In this document: piece after piece, positions 38,415 to 52,749 of the stretch | How positions within the stretch are numbered: position 1 is the stretch's first letter | Layout: the number at the start of each line of letters is the position of its first letter | Translations under genes and position numbers: made by a program | Source of the DNA: Perna viridis | Taxonomy: Eukaryota | Assembly: GCA_037379345.1 (NCBI GenBank) | Contig: CM074520.1 | Location: forward strand, 18,331,488-18,395,487 | Length of the DNA: 64,000 nt | Direction of reading: 5' to 3' | Notes under the pieces: generated by a model | Seen by the model: the letters and a program-made list of their open reading frames with translations, nothing else | What the model was told of the DNA's origin: nothing | Database searches by the model: none

Positions 38415-41400
38415 TATTTTATAACCAGTAAATATATTTCTGGCAATTGTTCAGCTCAATAATATTATATTTTGTTATGTCTGCAAAATAAAATTAAGAT
38501 CTATTCTACAATCAACTGGAGATTTGAGTCATTTCTTTTTGGTCTTGAGAGATGTTTAGTTATATTTTTATGGAAATTGAGTTCTTGTAGCAATGTGCAA
38601 AGAAACATTTAATTTGTTAAGCATCTTCCTTGTAACACAGTTATCAGTCTTCATCCTATCAATGTTTCATGATTGATAAGCAGGAAGCGAAGAAGAGTGA
38701 TTTTAATGAAGTAAAATCGGCGGTAAAATTCAAATTGATAAAAGTATCAAGTTTTGGAAAATCTTATTTCATCAATGACATTATTTTCTTAAACTGAAAT
38801 TCGTTTTATTTAAGTTTAATTTCGGTATACTCATTTAAAATGGTTTTTGAATGTAACTGAAAATTAACTTTTGAACAGGTTTTAAAATTTGGGAAAAGGG
38901 TGAAATGGAACAAAATATGTAAATGTGTGTGAAGTTGGATAGTGTTCAACTATTGATTACTGTTACTTCAGAAATCAGTAGTTAAGGTTGACATCTAGTT
39001 TCTACATATTAGGGGAAACAGTTCTAAATAATATGGAAAATGTATGATTACAATTTTATATTACACCACGTAATCTTACACTCTAGAGGAATACAAGAGA
39101 CTCTAGAGGAATACAGTTAACATTTATTTGACTATGCAGTCAAACCTGGTAGATTAGTTTACAAAAATTTTATTTGTTAACTTTACAAAAGGGATAGGAC
39201 ACAAGTTTAACCAACTTATGAAGTCTTCTCCCAACAATAACATACAATATATAAATTAGAACATTGAGGGCATGCATTAAATCATTATGAATATTAAAAA
39301 AAGACAGTTTTTAATTAAAGTTTACAGGATATTTTTTTTCCTGGTAGATAAATTCATGTAGTATACTAACACGTTGTCAGACCTTATACTTAAATCTTAG
39401 AGTTTTCTAAAAGATTAAAGACATTCAGGAAAATACCACCGACATGATTTCTAAAATGACTCTCGAATTTTTTTTTTTTTTTTTGATTTGGTGCTGCTTT
39501 ATATTAACAACACCGAATCTTCGGTGTAGCTAGTAGGTATGAATATACGGCGACCTCAAAAACATCCAAATGTTACCCATAGAACAAAAAAAATTCTCTT
39601 GCGAGGAACTTCATCTACCTCGTTATGCAAGCATCGATTCGTCGTTGGGTGGATCCAAGGACTTTGGCATTCATAGGACTATGCACACATGTATGGAACT
39701 TATTAGAAATACTGCATTTTTTCAACGTCCGTGATAAGCTCATTAAAAAGTTCTATGGTTGGATTTTGTTATGGCTTAGGTTTTAAGTAAATCATTAATT
39801 TATTCGATCCGCGTCAGTTATCTCTTATTTTGTTTGCAAACAAAATACAATGTGCTTGTCTTTGTTTACATATCCAGCCTAAAGAATTTTTATTGTTTCC
39901 TAATCCATTCAAACCTTTTCAGATGGAACAATTGGGTTTATAATAACAATAACATAAGAATTGGCGGTACATTTTTAGCTTACGCGTTGGTATTGTTCAG
40001 TCTTAGTTGACCTTAGTATTTTACTATATTTTTGGTTGAGTAAGACCAGCCTTGGAGTTAAACCCCTTTGTGGTAACCGTACACCTGTATGAATATTAAT
40101 AATCCGCTGGATTACCTAAATCACGGCGTCTGATCCCGTCTTACCATGTTAACGTTTGAGTCATCAAGATTTAAATTTTTCAAGACAAAAGATCAGACTA
40201 TAAAAACAACGGATATAGTGCTCGGTGATTCGAATGAAAAGTCATCAACTGGTGTCCTTTTTAAAAATAATCAAATTCGATAAAATCTGATTGGTAAAAC
40301 TCAACGTCCTTCATCGCTGAATTGTTAGATTGGAAACCCCTTTTCAAAACACCTGGATCCACCCTTGCTTATCTTGTAATATATGCTACACAGAGTGGCA
40401 GAACATTTCATAACGACCGGCCTCATATAGAGGCTCGGTTAATATCAGCACTCGTGCGAAGTTCGATAACGAAGCGCTTTGATATACAAGTTGTTCTATA
40501 AAGTAACCCAAACCACAATGTACAATCCTACTAAATAACTGATTTTTAAGTCGCTAACATTTTTAGTGACTTCTTGCAGTCGTATAATGTCAGTGTATGA
40601 TTTGCATTATTATATATCAGTACACCAAATTATGCTGCTGATCGGTACGCAGAACAGTCAATTTTAGCTTCATACGAGATCAAAATGTACCTCTTAAATA
40701 CTATACGTGTGCATGTGTTCTACGTATGTTTTTTACTTGTATGAGAATGGGAAATTTACATTAAAAGATGAAATGATCGATTAGCATTGAACTTTCTGTA
40801 GCTGAGAAACGCCTAGTCTCCGAGTTGAAATTCGAGACATCACGGTTACGAAGTCAACCGATTTTAAATAGAGCATATATCGCAACTTCGCTTGAAGTTT
40901 GACGAACTATTGCGTTAAACAACAAAGCTCAAAGTTCAATTGTAAAGTCGGTACATATAAAACATTACAACACAAGCTCTAATGAGCTTTTAAAACCGAC
41001 ATAAGCTTCGAATCGTTCTAAAATGTCAAGTATAAATTATTTCCGAAGAAGGAATACACTTATTTTGGTAGTAATATACAAAGGTACGATATGTCAAAAG
41101 ATGTGAAATGGAAAAGAACATGAATGTTTATCAACAATCGCCTAAAGTCTTCAAGTTTCAGCTCAATAAAATCTAGGTATTTTTTAAAATTCCGAACCAA
41201 GTCCACTAACTGATTGGGAGCTAAGTTTAGTAGAGCATATAATTCGCCTGAATGTTGAAAGTAAGCCAAAACCAGTGGCATACAATATTTGACGATGACC
41301 GACATTGAAGACTTCAGTCTTTGATTTCTTGAGTCAATGAAACACCAAAAACGATAAAAAAAAATAAAATAAAGCGATCCTGACGTCTCCTTATTTCCAC

Positions 41401-44400
41401 CTTTTAAAAACGACCAAACAACCTTCTGTAATGATAAAACTTTAAGTTCCTGTTTCAAGAGTACTTCCTTCTTGTTAAATACTAGGAAATGTTTTTTTTT
41501 TTTTTTTTGGTTTCAAGGAGTCTACCAAGCAAGGATTGTAATCATTTATGATCAGTCACCCCAGATAGAATTAGCAAGCTTAAGTCTAATTTATTGCTGT
41601 CCTTTAATTGAACATGAGACATTGATCTCCCTATTCTTATCACAATAAATCATATGTTCGTTGATCGAGTCATTTGTTATGGATCAAATAACAATCAAAA
41701 TGCAAATACTTTCTAATTGTTTAATTGTCATTTTTGATTTATAGGTAGTTTGGTTATCGGGATAGGCTAAAAACAGGTTACAGCGAAAGTTCAAGAAATT
41801 TCGAAAAGGGGGTTCGCTCCAGTGATATCTAGTAATTTTCTAGATCATCAACCAAACTTCATGAGCATTTAGTGGAGCGGGGAAGTCCCGGTTCCATTTC
41901 CTGGGATCAGCCTATGGGACAATCCTCAAATCGACAAAAAAGTGGGGTAGGACATTTACGAAAAAACTTATCAAATGCTGAGTAAGGACGAGCATGCTTA
42001 AATTTAGCCTCTAGTTATATAAATGGCTATTAATTTATATAATATACACGCAACCTTTACTATACAAATCCATTTTAGTGCTGTAAGCACTGCCACCTCC
42101 AGATCACCAATTTTAATTAGCTTGAGGGTTCGTAACGAAGTTGCGGAAGGTATAGTCTCTCATAAGTGTTCCGGACTTTTTTCTAAACGTTTGCACATAG
42201 TGAGCTGACTTTATGGTAGGTGAGTTACAGGTCCAGTTTACGTTTTGTTCCGCTTCACTGATTTTTACTGATTTTATGCAAATTTTACAAAAATAACAGT
42301 TTTCCAGCCGACAATGTACCATAATGAGTTACAGAACAGATTTATGTTCCGTTGAGATTTCCTATTAATTTTGGCCGGCCTTTGAACATTTTTTCCGACG
42401 CAGTGGGTATATTTTCGCTTTTTGCCCTTTGACCTTTAAGACGCTATTCCACGGAAACGCAAGTAACCTGATCGCAATTCTGTTTCCCCATTGGGCAAAG
42501 GCTGATAACTTGGTGGTGTTCGAAAAAACTGTTCGAAATTGCGTGCCGTGTGTTATTCACTGAATTAAATGTTGAAAATTATCAAATATTACCGCGTCGG
42601 CTATCTTTTTTTTTTTAAGATAGTACTTGTTTCAAATAGTTTTTATTTGAAAATCTAATTTATGGACGCATGAGGTGTATGAGAGCATTCACTAAGGTTC
42701 TCAATTTCCAATGAAATATTTAAATTCCAGATTTTCTGCGCTTTCATATCTGAAAGTTTCAATGAAGAGGCATCCATTATTTATATACTGTTCATTGCTC
42801 CAATTTGATCTGGCGTGTAACAAACATACAAGAGCTCTACAACAGGAAATTGCATGCGACTTGTGCGTTTATCATTAAAAGAATATTTTCTTCAAGTAAA
42901 TAAGATAAGAACAACATAACACGTGCAATGCCGATTACGTGCAAACATGTCAAACCATTTTGAGCCACTCAAGTGGGAGATTCTCCCCATTGTCACAGTC
43001 TTTACATAAAAGTCAGTTTTCGATGACGCAAAAAATGAATTATTTAGTACTTTTTCACAGAAAATATAGTTATTTTAACCCCATCCTCCTAAAAAGCTAC
43101 CATATTTTGTATGTGGGAGATTCTGAATTTTTTTATTGATTTTGTGGTAGTCTCCCTCATTAAATGTGGGATGATTAACAGGTTTGCACATGGAGGCGAT
43201 GAGGTTGACCATTTAACCAAGAAAAAGACGGAAAGAAAGATAGAAAAAGAAAAAAAATGCATACAGAAAGGAAAGGAAACAAAGAAAGAAATGGAGGAAG
43301 AAAATGAGAGAAAGGGAATTAATAAGAAAAGGAAATTTAAACATATTTTCCTTATTGTTTTCAAACTGTTCTCGATTTTCGCGTAACCTTGTATTTCAGC
43401 AAACAACACAAAGGCGATTGACACACTAACCCATTGTAACAGATGGTCGTACATTGCTCATAATATATCATCGTATGATTTACACGTAACCGTCGATGTA
43501 TTAGTTCAAACATATTGTTCTTACTTACTTGATTCACAAGACAACGTTCTTTTCTAAAAATCATCGGAAGTCATGAGATATTTATAGGTATCTTAAAAAC
43601 TTAATAATATGATGATTATAATTTGTTCTTTCTGAATTTCCAAAAAGATTAATAGGGAGCGTAAATGGCTGTATCATCAACTGGGCCTCGTATGCTTACG
43701 AGCAGAAAAAAGCATCAACATCCGGTTAGTGCATGTAAAATAGGAAACGATAAAATGGCAGCTCATTTTCGTATACTTTGAATATGCGATTGAGAACCAC
43801 ACCAGTCAGGAAACATTAGCCAGCTTCGATGATTTAAAACAAATCGAATCTGAGCTACTTCCCAGATAGGGATGGTCAAAACAAGGCACCAGAATGTTTA
43901 CGAAAATGACGTAATACAGCTTATCAAGTCCGGACAATTCGACTCAAAGACAATTCGAACCATGACAACCTATAATTCCTTACCAAAGCCGGACATTTCG
44001 GCCTATACATAATTCAGACCATCACAATAAGAAAATGCATAAGGACAATAAAACCGTATATAATAACAAATTTCACCATTTTGAAAGTTAATAACAGGTC
44101 TGACAAAAATTATGAAAGGACATGGGTGTTTGAGTTCATATATTTCTTTGGGAGCGTTGTAGGTTTCACCTTCCTCATATTTATTTAATACGGGATCAGC
44201 GTTTTCACCACTACTAGAACTACACATCCACATAATACTGATGATTCAAAATTTCGATTTAAATTTCGTTTTTTTGTGTGTGTTTTTTCTTTTTTTTTTT
44301 TTTGTTTCGTTTCATTTCGTTTTTATTTTGTTTCTCAATGTGTAATCTTGACAACCCATTTTTAGTTTTAAATGTAGCCAATCACGTGGAATCCATATAT

Positions 44401-44907
44401 AGTTATCAAAGGCATTAATATAACATAGTTCAAACTTCTATATGTGTATTTGAGTTTTTCTTTGACAATTAATCATGTAAAATAAAATGTCAATAGTATG
44501 CTGTAAAAAACGGGCAATTTATTTATACGAAATAGTCAATTTGATACATTTTAATATTCATCGGCCAGATCTCTTTTGCGGTTGGAGTACTTTTAAGGCG
44601 GTTTTCAACCGGAAGTCCTTTTGATTGACATCAGATGGATTAAAGACTCAGAAGTCACATGACTTTCGAGTAAAAAAGATACAATATTAGGCAATATAGG
44701 GCTTAAATAAGTGTTTTAAACATCAAATTTGGACCCTGCAAAACTGTGAGTGCATACACAATTGTTGTGTCCAGTAGAAGTCAAATCTGTTTGTAGACCG
44801 GCTGACTAGGGGATTGCTTTATAGCCCCCTTCCCCACATAATTGCCAAATAGTCTAAATTTGGCATCAAAGGTAAAAAATGAAGTGAAATTCAAATATCA
44901 AAGGAAC

Positions 44908-45020
44908 AAAACTAAAGAAAGAGATTAGAGACAAGACATTCAAAAACTAAAGAAAGAGATTAGAGACAAGACATTCAAAAACTAAAGAAAGAGAACAGAG
45001 ACAAGACATTAAAAAACTAA
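44908..45020. repeat. Tandem repeat, 35-bp unit, about 3 copies
   Basis: ACTAAAGAAAGAGATTAGAGACAAGACATTCAAAA starting 44911, 44946, 44981. Confidence 0.95.
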
Positions 45021-47373
45021 ATAAAACACACGAAAACTAGAAACAAATGGGCAACTTTGACCCTACTAAGAAATTAATCAATGCTTCATCTTGACCATAC
45101 TATATGAAGTAAATACACTAAAGTTTTACTAAAGAAAGTAGATTACCCTGCATTCTGAAATGACCCGAGTAAAAATACATCAACGTAACAAATAGTGTGC
45201 TACAAAAAAAACAAAAACAAAAACAAAAACAAAACAAAAAAAAACAGAAGAGATTGAAAAAGACTGATTTCTTCCACCTTTTTGGAATATCTTTTTCACC
45301 TAACGTCAGTTCTGTGAACAATATTTTAAGAAACATGTTTACAAAGTTTGGGAAGAATCTGTTTTCAAGTACCAGAGAAGTAAAGATTTTCGAACTGTAA
45401 AAAACGAAAATAGCCAAAAACCCCTAACAGAAACAAAAAAAAAAAAACAAAAACAACAAAAAACAAAACAAAACTATAATTTTACGTTGGATAGAATTTC
45501 ATCTTGCTTAACACTTAACGATGTCAGAGTTTACCTTAACATTATGGTTTTAGGGAAATTTGCAAAGAAAAATTGTTGTCCCAACCCCTTAAGTCTTTTT
45601 TGGTAACAGCATTTATATTTGTCGACGTATTAATAATCCCCACATCAGTTCAGGGCAGGACAGCATAGAGACTATTCAAACCAAGTTTAATGGTTCCAAC
45701 TGGTCTCGTAGTATGAGGAAAAAGGGTTTTAGGAGATATATTAAGAAAATAACAAAAACTGTATAAAAATACTTTTTCAGGGGCCATGACTTCACAAAAT
45801 ATCCATTGTTTTCTGAAATGTTGACGGATCTAAAAAGGGGGTTCCGGAAAATATTTTGCTCATTTTTTCCTAAAATTTGCACGAAATTAGCGAAAGGCGG
45901 TTTCGACCCCCAGGACCCCTTGATCCGCCACTGAAACAATGGAAATTTCTCAAGATAAATTAAGGTTTTTCTCAGTTATCAAATCCGCCAATATTTAATA
46001 GAGAACTTCAACAACACTGACTTGCTCAAAGAACTCCGTTTAGCTTAACTTCAACCGAAATTGTACAGTTTGAAGACGGGAATATTTTGCTCATCGCCGA
46101 TGAAACTGGCTTCATTTAAATATGGTGGTATAATCGTGTATGTGGGAATGTGTTTTTGTGTGTCCCAGTTGATTTTCCTCAGCCTTCATTTTGAAAATAT
46201 TCGCATCCTTCCAGTGTTTATGAAAAAAAATTGAGTTTTTTTATGGTGTGTTAGCCTCTAGCAGTTCACTCACCGAAGTGCTTCCCGACGAGAGAAGAAT
46301 GTTTTAACCAAGTCTTTCTGATGTGAACATATTGATTCTAACGATACTTTGACATATGTTTAAATAAAATGTCTATTTTCATTTCAATTAACCTTAACGG
46401 TATACTTCCGAAGGTGAGATGGTTTCTCACGGTAAACTATTATTTTTATTGACTGAATCAGACGGCAGGTATAACAGCTATTATTATAGGTTAAGTGATA
46501 TTAAATAGGATTTTTGGATCGGGATAAAAAGATCAATTTGCACATACATTAGGGCTTACCGACAATCAGGAAGCTGGAATGGATTTGATACTCTATTTAC
46601 ATTTCGAAATACGGACAAAAGCACTGATTTCTGGCAGTTCTAAATTCTAAGGAAGTCTGCCGATACCACGTCCCAGGTATTTGTACGTTAGGTGACATCA
46701 GGGAGAACATTTACTCGATTTTTTATTGCCATGAAATATATAAACCTCGTTATACTTGTTGCGCGAAAATATCCATAAGCCAATAATGGAATTTGACAAC
46801 TTTTACACATGCAATTTATGCTACAATATCAATGTCTTTATATGTTTTCTTTTTATAGTTTATGAGAATAAAGTATATTTAAAGTAAAAAGATGACTGAC
46901 CGGGCCTACAGCTGTAGATAGTTTCGGACAGTGAACTTGTAACTTTTTGTTACAAATTTTATTCCGAAGTCGAAACCTTTATAAAATATGTTCAATGTCT
47001 GGTTTATATAAACAAAAGTTTTGGGATGTAAATTAAGCACTGGTGTTTGTTTTAATTTAGAGTTCTTACAGATCATTTCGTGTTTACTGCAGGATAGTCA
47101 AGATTTTATTTTTAAAGATTTTATTTCTCTTTGACAGTACAGGACTGCAACAAGAGGCAGACATTACAATTTATAAGGTGATGGCGATCTGACCTTAATA
47201 TAAATATATACATGCACAAACAATATTGAATAGTTATGTATATAAATACATGATTTTAAAGTGCACATGGCATACTGATACAATTTAGGACTAATAATAT
47301 AAGACCACGTGACATCAATCAATGTAATCGATGAACATGCTTGAAATACACGCTTCCGCCCCCTAAATCGCAG

Positions 47374-47376
<3 letters not shown>

Positions 47377-47428
<52 letters not shown>
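47377..47428. repeat. (TA)n microsatellite
   Basis: Directly visible. Confidence 0.97.
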
Positions 47429-47431
<3 letters not shown>

Positions 47432-48421
47432 CACGCTTGCTCATCGACTACTCGCAGTAAATACGAATTATGTTCTAATGTAGCCTGAATTGAACATAAA
47501 TCATTTCTATATACACACAAACACTTGTATTGGGTCAACAGCTCGACTGGACAGTACAGTGAAGCTTATTTATTTTGCCAAAAAAAAAATGTTCAACCAT
47601 ACATGACCCAAGCCGCTGCAGCAACCTTAAATCACATTCTACAAAAGAAATTCATATTATTACAACGATTGTTCTAAAACATAATAGGGTGAGTGGAAGG
47701 GTGAAGTTAACTGTCCGAGAGACGAGCGTCGAATAACTATTTTACTGTCACGGTTCTTCCCGCTATTAATCTATCCTTGGAACTTTACCAAACGAGTAGA
47801 CCTAAAGTAACATGTTGAAAACACACTTGTTTTATGTAACTTCATCCAAATACACGTGTTCCAATGTAACACTTATAAATACATCGGGTATATACGGTTT
47901 ATTTGGTCTTATTTGCGAGGATTGATTTAGAGTAGTTGAACATACTTTGGCAGGCACTTATGATGGTAGGAAGCGTACCTGAGAGAAGACACATGTCCAA
48001 AATAACAAAAACGTGGCATACTACATTATTTAGTGTTGTATTTTTATCCCGGGATTTTTATCTTTGCTTGCTGTTTTCCAACTAAACGATTTTGTCGTTT
48101 CTGTGTCAGCCGGTTGACAATATTAAAGGTATGTAAGAAAAGAAGGGGCAGACTGGAATTAGAGTTGTATGTCAGATATGTTCAACATGAACATATTTTT
48201 TTTCTTATAGGTTCAATTTATTTCTACTTGTTACTCGAATATGTATTCTAATATTTAAAGCGAGGGTGCAGGTGCGTAAATGAAATCTATCAGTAATAAA
48301 CGAGTTTTCGGGGATTATATTTTCTTTACAGTTAAGTTATGTCTTTTTAGGCGTACACCAATACTAAATGTATATCATTTATCATTTTAACTTATGCAGG
48401 GAACAAAGGCTTTATAGTTTA

Positions 48422-48866
48422 ATTTCATACCCAGACTCAATTTTGTGTTTTCATCCAAAATCTGCATTCCCTTTAGAACTGACTTCATTTTCTCCGTGTC
48501 TTTTGCCGGTCGAAATGGGATTTACATTGTTCATACAGGATGCTCCCAGACCAAATCTTTGCTCTGATTTGCAATTATGCAAAAACAGAGGAAAATTATA
48601 CACAGGTTTTAATGCTTTCAGCATATCTGTCAGATGTCCCAATTCTACAACTCTTCTTTCATGTCTCCATTCAAAATTTTCGTTATTACTTTCGTGTGCT
48701 TCCATTTTTTCTTTCTCGTTAACATCTTCTGGTCTCTCTTTTCCGCGAAGGTTATGTTATTTAGTAAAATACAATTTACGAACCAAATATCCACAGGGGT
48801 TTCGATTGCCGTCGAACATTTTTAAATCAGTGATAAAAGGGAAATAACTCGCATAGTAACGGCATC
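48422..48866 (-). pseudogene. N-terminal remnant of a 'Mutator-like' (possibly Kolobok-associated) transposase
   Basis: EWRHERRVVELGHL..MLK...PLFLHNC..EQRFGLG...N.ISTGKRH and, after a frameshift, DENTKLSLG match the W..GRRIVEL...GL....TGKRH...DVNTKL pattern of this invertebrate transposase family; the Cys-rich segment is partly lost. Confidence 0.65.
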
Positions 48867-50479
48867 GATTACGTTTTCCCGTAATCCGGTGGGTAGGGGC
48901 GTTCATTTACGTTAATCCTACCTTATGGGTGCACTATACAGTTACATTAAGGCGCACTGTTTCGCACACTAAGTTACCCCGTCAAATTTTGTAAAACTTA
49001 AAATCAAAAGTTGAAATTTGGTGGATATATCAGTGTTTAAATGTAGATAAGCATTTATACATTGACAGATGTAACATATGTTATGGTAAACAGGTGTAAT
49101 TTAAATGAAGAATGGTATCCGGAACGTTTCAGTCCCCTGCCGTATTAGGTTCTCTCCTCAGCATCAGATGGCTGATTTTCAAAATACCTTATTTCACACG
49201 AACTTTTGGGACTAAAATTGTGAGAGAATGAATCAAAAAGGGTCTTATTATTATTATTATCTTTTTTCCGCCTACTCACTGCATGCTTTCATCATGTGGT
49301 AGTGTCTAAGTGCTTGATATTTTATAAAACTTAGTATTTGGCTGTTAGTTTGGAAAGGCATCCCTGATTTGTACTAAAATCAGTTGTATTTTTTTCAGTA
49401 TGTTAACATGGCTACTGGATTTTATAAGAATAATCACTAAATTACTTATAAATGACTTCAACCTCCACACACCAAGGATTTGCAAAATATGCACTTTTTT
49501 ATGACAAAACACTAGAAATTTCTGTGTGGACTGCCTCAAAACAGCTTTATTTCAACAGAATGAGACCAAATTTTTAGAAATGACCCAACTGTATTGTACT
49601 ACCTTATGACATTTCAGGACAAATGCGTTTTATCAATCGACCCTGTTTTATAGTAGGTCGACACAGTAATGTGTTTGCTAACAGAAGCAATATACCGGAG
49701 ATCGAGCATATGAGGATTTTTAACTAGTTAAAATTCCTGATTTTACGGGAAATTTTGGAATTCAGAATAGACTCTTTTGTCGTAAGTTAATAAGCATTCT
49801 CATCGACTGCCCCACAGTTAGCACAAAAGGGTCTGTTGTCACGGAAATGACATACAAATAGAAGTTCTGTTGAGACTCATATTGTATTTTCATTCCATCC
49901 CCTCAGTAGATGCGCACGCGAATCAAACATACAACTTGCGGGGGCACGGCTTCGGAACTGTTATTAGGTCGTCACTGTCAGGGATAACCGGTATTGTTGA
50001 CAAAACTTACACCGTTTATATAAATACGGATGACATTAAGTCCCGTTCGTCTTATTAATGACAAAATATCTCAGAATCCTAGGTATTTTATGTGTCTACA
50101 TAAGGTATTAGAAATCTCACCAGAATATCAAATTTCACGAGTGCGTGGGTGTCCTTAATTTATGTGGTATAAAACCATTTTGAGGTAAACATATTGATCT
50201 TTAGACATATATGCCCAAGGCAGAAGAATTACTAGATAATACATTGTATGTTTGTCACATGAGAACATACCACATTTGGTCGGTTAAAACATATATGTTA
50301 ATGTTAACGTAGATTTGATGAATACCATTTGAAAACTACTTCAGTATTTGTTGACTTACTTTTATTTTCAGTTTTTGGGGTTGCAAATCCGTTTCATTAT
50401 AAAGCACAACATAAATTTATACATTAGATCTTCTGTCACCAAGTGCATGAGTATACGCTAAATGACGAGCCTTAAAACA

Positions 50480-50745
50480 GTAATCAAGGGAACCAAGATT
50501 GTAATCAAGGGGAAAAGACCAGAAATGGGAAACAGATAAACACAACAAAGAACATAAAATAACCAAAATAATACATACAAAGTAACAAGAGTGAAAGAGC
50601 AACTCGGACTCAACTAAAAACAGGGGGCATGGATCAGGTGCACCAGTAGGGTAAGCGCCCTCTGCTTTTCTAGAAACACCCACCGAGATGCTCATAAAGA
50701 GTCCAGTCCGGGGTAGACGAAAGAGAAAAGGAAAACTACGACATG
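50480..50745 (-). mobile_element. 3' fragment of the same dispersed Penelope-like repeat family
   Basis: Minus strand GGTGGGTGTTTCTAGAAAAGCAGAGGGCGCTTACCCTACTGGTGCACCTGATCC...GTTTTTAGTTGAGTCCGAGTTGCTC followed by a T-rich tract. Confidence 0.55.
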
Positions 50746-51649
50746 TTGAACAAAAATATGCTTTAATATACCTTAAATAATAGGTATATATTTTAAAACC
50801 CCGTCCTTCCCCTGTGGCGTAGGATGTTTTTTCTTAATCGTTGTTCCTCAAACACAACCGTTGTTCATCATTACGGAGAAAAATAATACATTATTCAAAT
50901 GCTGCATCATTATATTACTTTCTATACAAAATGCAAACAAGCCAGCACAAAACTGGCGACTTCATGTGTGGTCACTATACATAATATCGTTCAAGCTAAT
51001 TTGGCTGTAGTCCTGAATCGGAGGAAGGGTCAAAATACCTATTGGACAGGATTTTACAGACATCATCCTTACAACCATCACGACAAGGACAGCTGGTATG
51101 CGGAACTCGTAGATTACTTATAATAAATGGCAAAAAGGCTCATCACAAAATCGTAGTCTTAATTGTGTATTACTTCTTTGATGTTTTCTATTTGCGTCAT
51201 ACTTCTTTTATCTATAACAGTTGTATTAAGACGTTTATCATGTAATATATAGTAGTTTTAGAACTAAAATATATACATACTTATTAATTCCATACAAGCA
51301 TTATAAATTTGTTTTTTTAATTGCATAATTTCGGTAATTAGTGGTTTAGCTTGCTTTAATATTTATGCGTTATCTGCTTACTTCCGGCTTTACTTTGCAC
51401 ATAATAGGAAACTAATTAGGTCGGAAGCTTTAACTAGAAACATTTAAAATCGATCTAAGGAATTAAGGTTGAATATATCCCTGTTATACCACGGAAGTAT
51501 AATATCTTTATTGAAATATCTGTATGATTTTATGGTGTTATACCATGGAAGTATAATATCTTCATGGAAATATACATCTGTATAATTTCATAGTTATACA
51601 GACGACAATCGCTATAAGACAAATATTTTGCCAACATTACGTTATTTAT

Positions 51650-51990
51650 GGGCCACGGTGAGTTTATTGAGCGATATAGCGTGTCTAATCGCGAGTCACA
51701 ATGAGATTGTCGAGCGATCATATGCAAATGAGTTTGTTGAGTGATATGATGCTTCCAAAAACGAGCCACAGTGAGCTAGTCGAGCGATATTCTTTGGCCA
51801 ACCGCGAACAGTAGTGAGCTAGTTAAGCGGTATGCTGTGTTCAATCGTACGCTAATGTAGTGAGCTTGTCGAACTGTATGGTATGTCTTAACGTTAGCTA
51901 CTGTGAGTTTGTAGATTGATATGATGTGTCCAATCGCGAGTCGCGGTGAGCTTGTCGGGCAATAAAGTGACACCATTCTTGAGCCACTGT
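51650..51990. repeat. Old, diverged CpG-rich minisatellite (~42-43 bp unit)
   Basis: Recurring GAGCCACAGTGAGCTTGTCGAGCGATATGATGTGTCCAATCGC-like units, about 8 copies. Confidence 0.75.
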
Positions 51991-52749
51991 ATCCAGTTTG
52001 ATTGCTTGATTTTCCCTATTCAGTGGTTTTGACAAAGGGGCGGGCGCTGAAGATTTTCTAAACATGCCATAGTTCTAATGTCATTGAATTTCTGAGAGAA
52101 TGATGTAATTCAGACACTCTTCTGAGTTCGTTGATAACAGATGTAGGTTTATCGCAATGGCAGTGCGTTGTCAAAGACAGCAGACGAAAAGAAGAAACAC
52201 TAAAAAGCAAAATCGGTGTCAATGACAACTTATATTTTCTTTGCTAGTCAATTTACGAATAAAAAAAGCCTAACATAAACTGAACTCGCAAACAACTCAT
52301 CAGTCCTGTCATCGGTAGTAAACAAAAACCAATCATCGGCATAGAACAGTTGAGTAAAAATTATTTCTATAACGGATTTAAAGTAGAAATTCCGCATGTC
52401 TGTTTGCCTAGCTTCTATTTCTTTGTTTTCGAATTACGTAACTCTGACATCATGCTTCATTACCGGCCACTCGAACGACAAAAGTGTTTATACGCTAACA
52501 CTCTTCCCTTCAATACAATAAAGCATGCTTCATATAAACTGAATACGAATTACATGAAAAGATTTATCCGCGATATCACCTTTAAGTGGACATATACCTG
52601 GCACTATTCCATCCGCGTATTAATATACCATTCCGTGAATGAATGTACACAATACAGTTGTAATGGAATGTTGGACGGGTGCCATTACCTACTAAGATTC
52701 TTTTCGTCTAGACTGAGTCAAAATATTTAAACTCTGATTTTTTGTGGTA

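Noticed and set aside
41060-41458. 132-aa minus-strand ORF
   Set aside because: Non-ATG start, no recognisable motif or exon boundaries.
43111-43454. Lys/Glu-rich ORF and its Phe-rich antisense ORF
   Set aside because: Low-complexity purine tract; no domain or splice support.
47138-47177. Possible micro-exon (ttgacag ... ATAAG|GTGATG)
   Set aside because: No partner exons or recognisable peptide; such signals arise by chance.
48368-48847. 159-aa plus-strand ORF
   Set aside because: Antisense shadow of the transposase relic on the minus strand.
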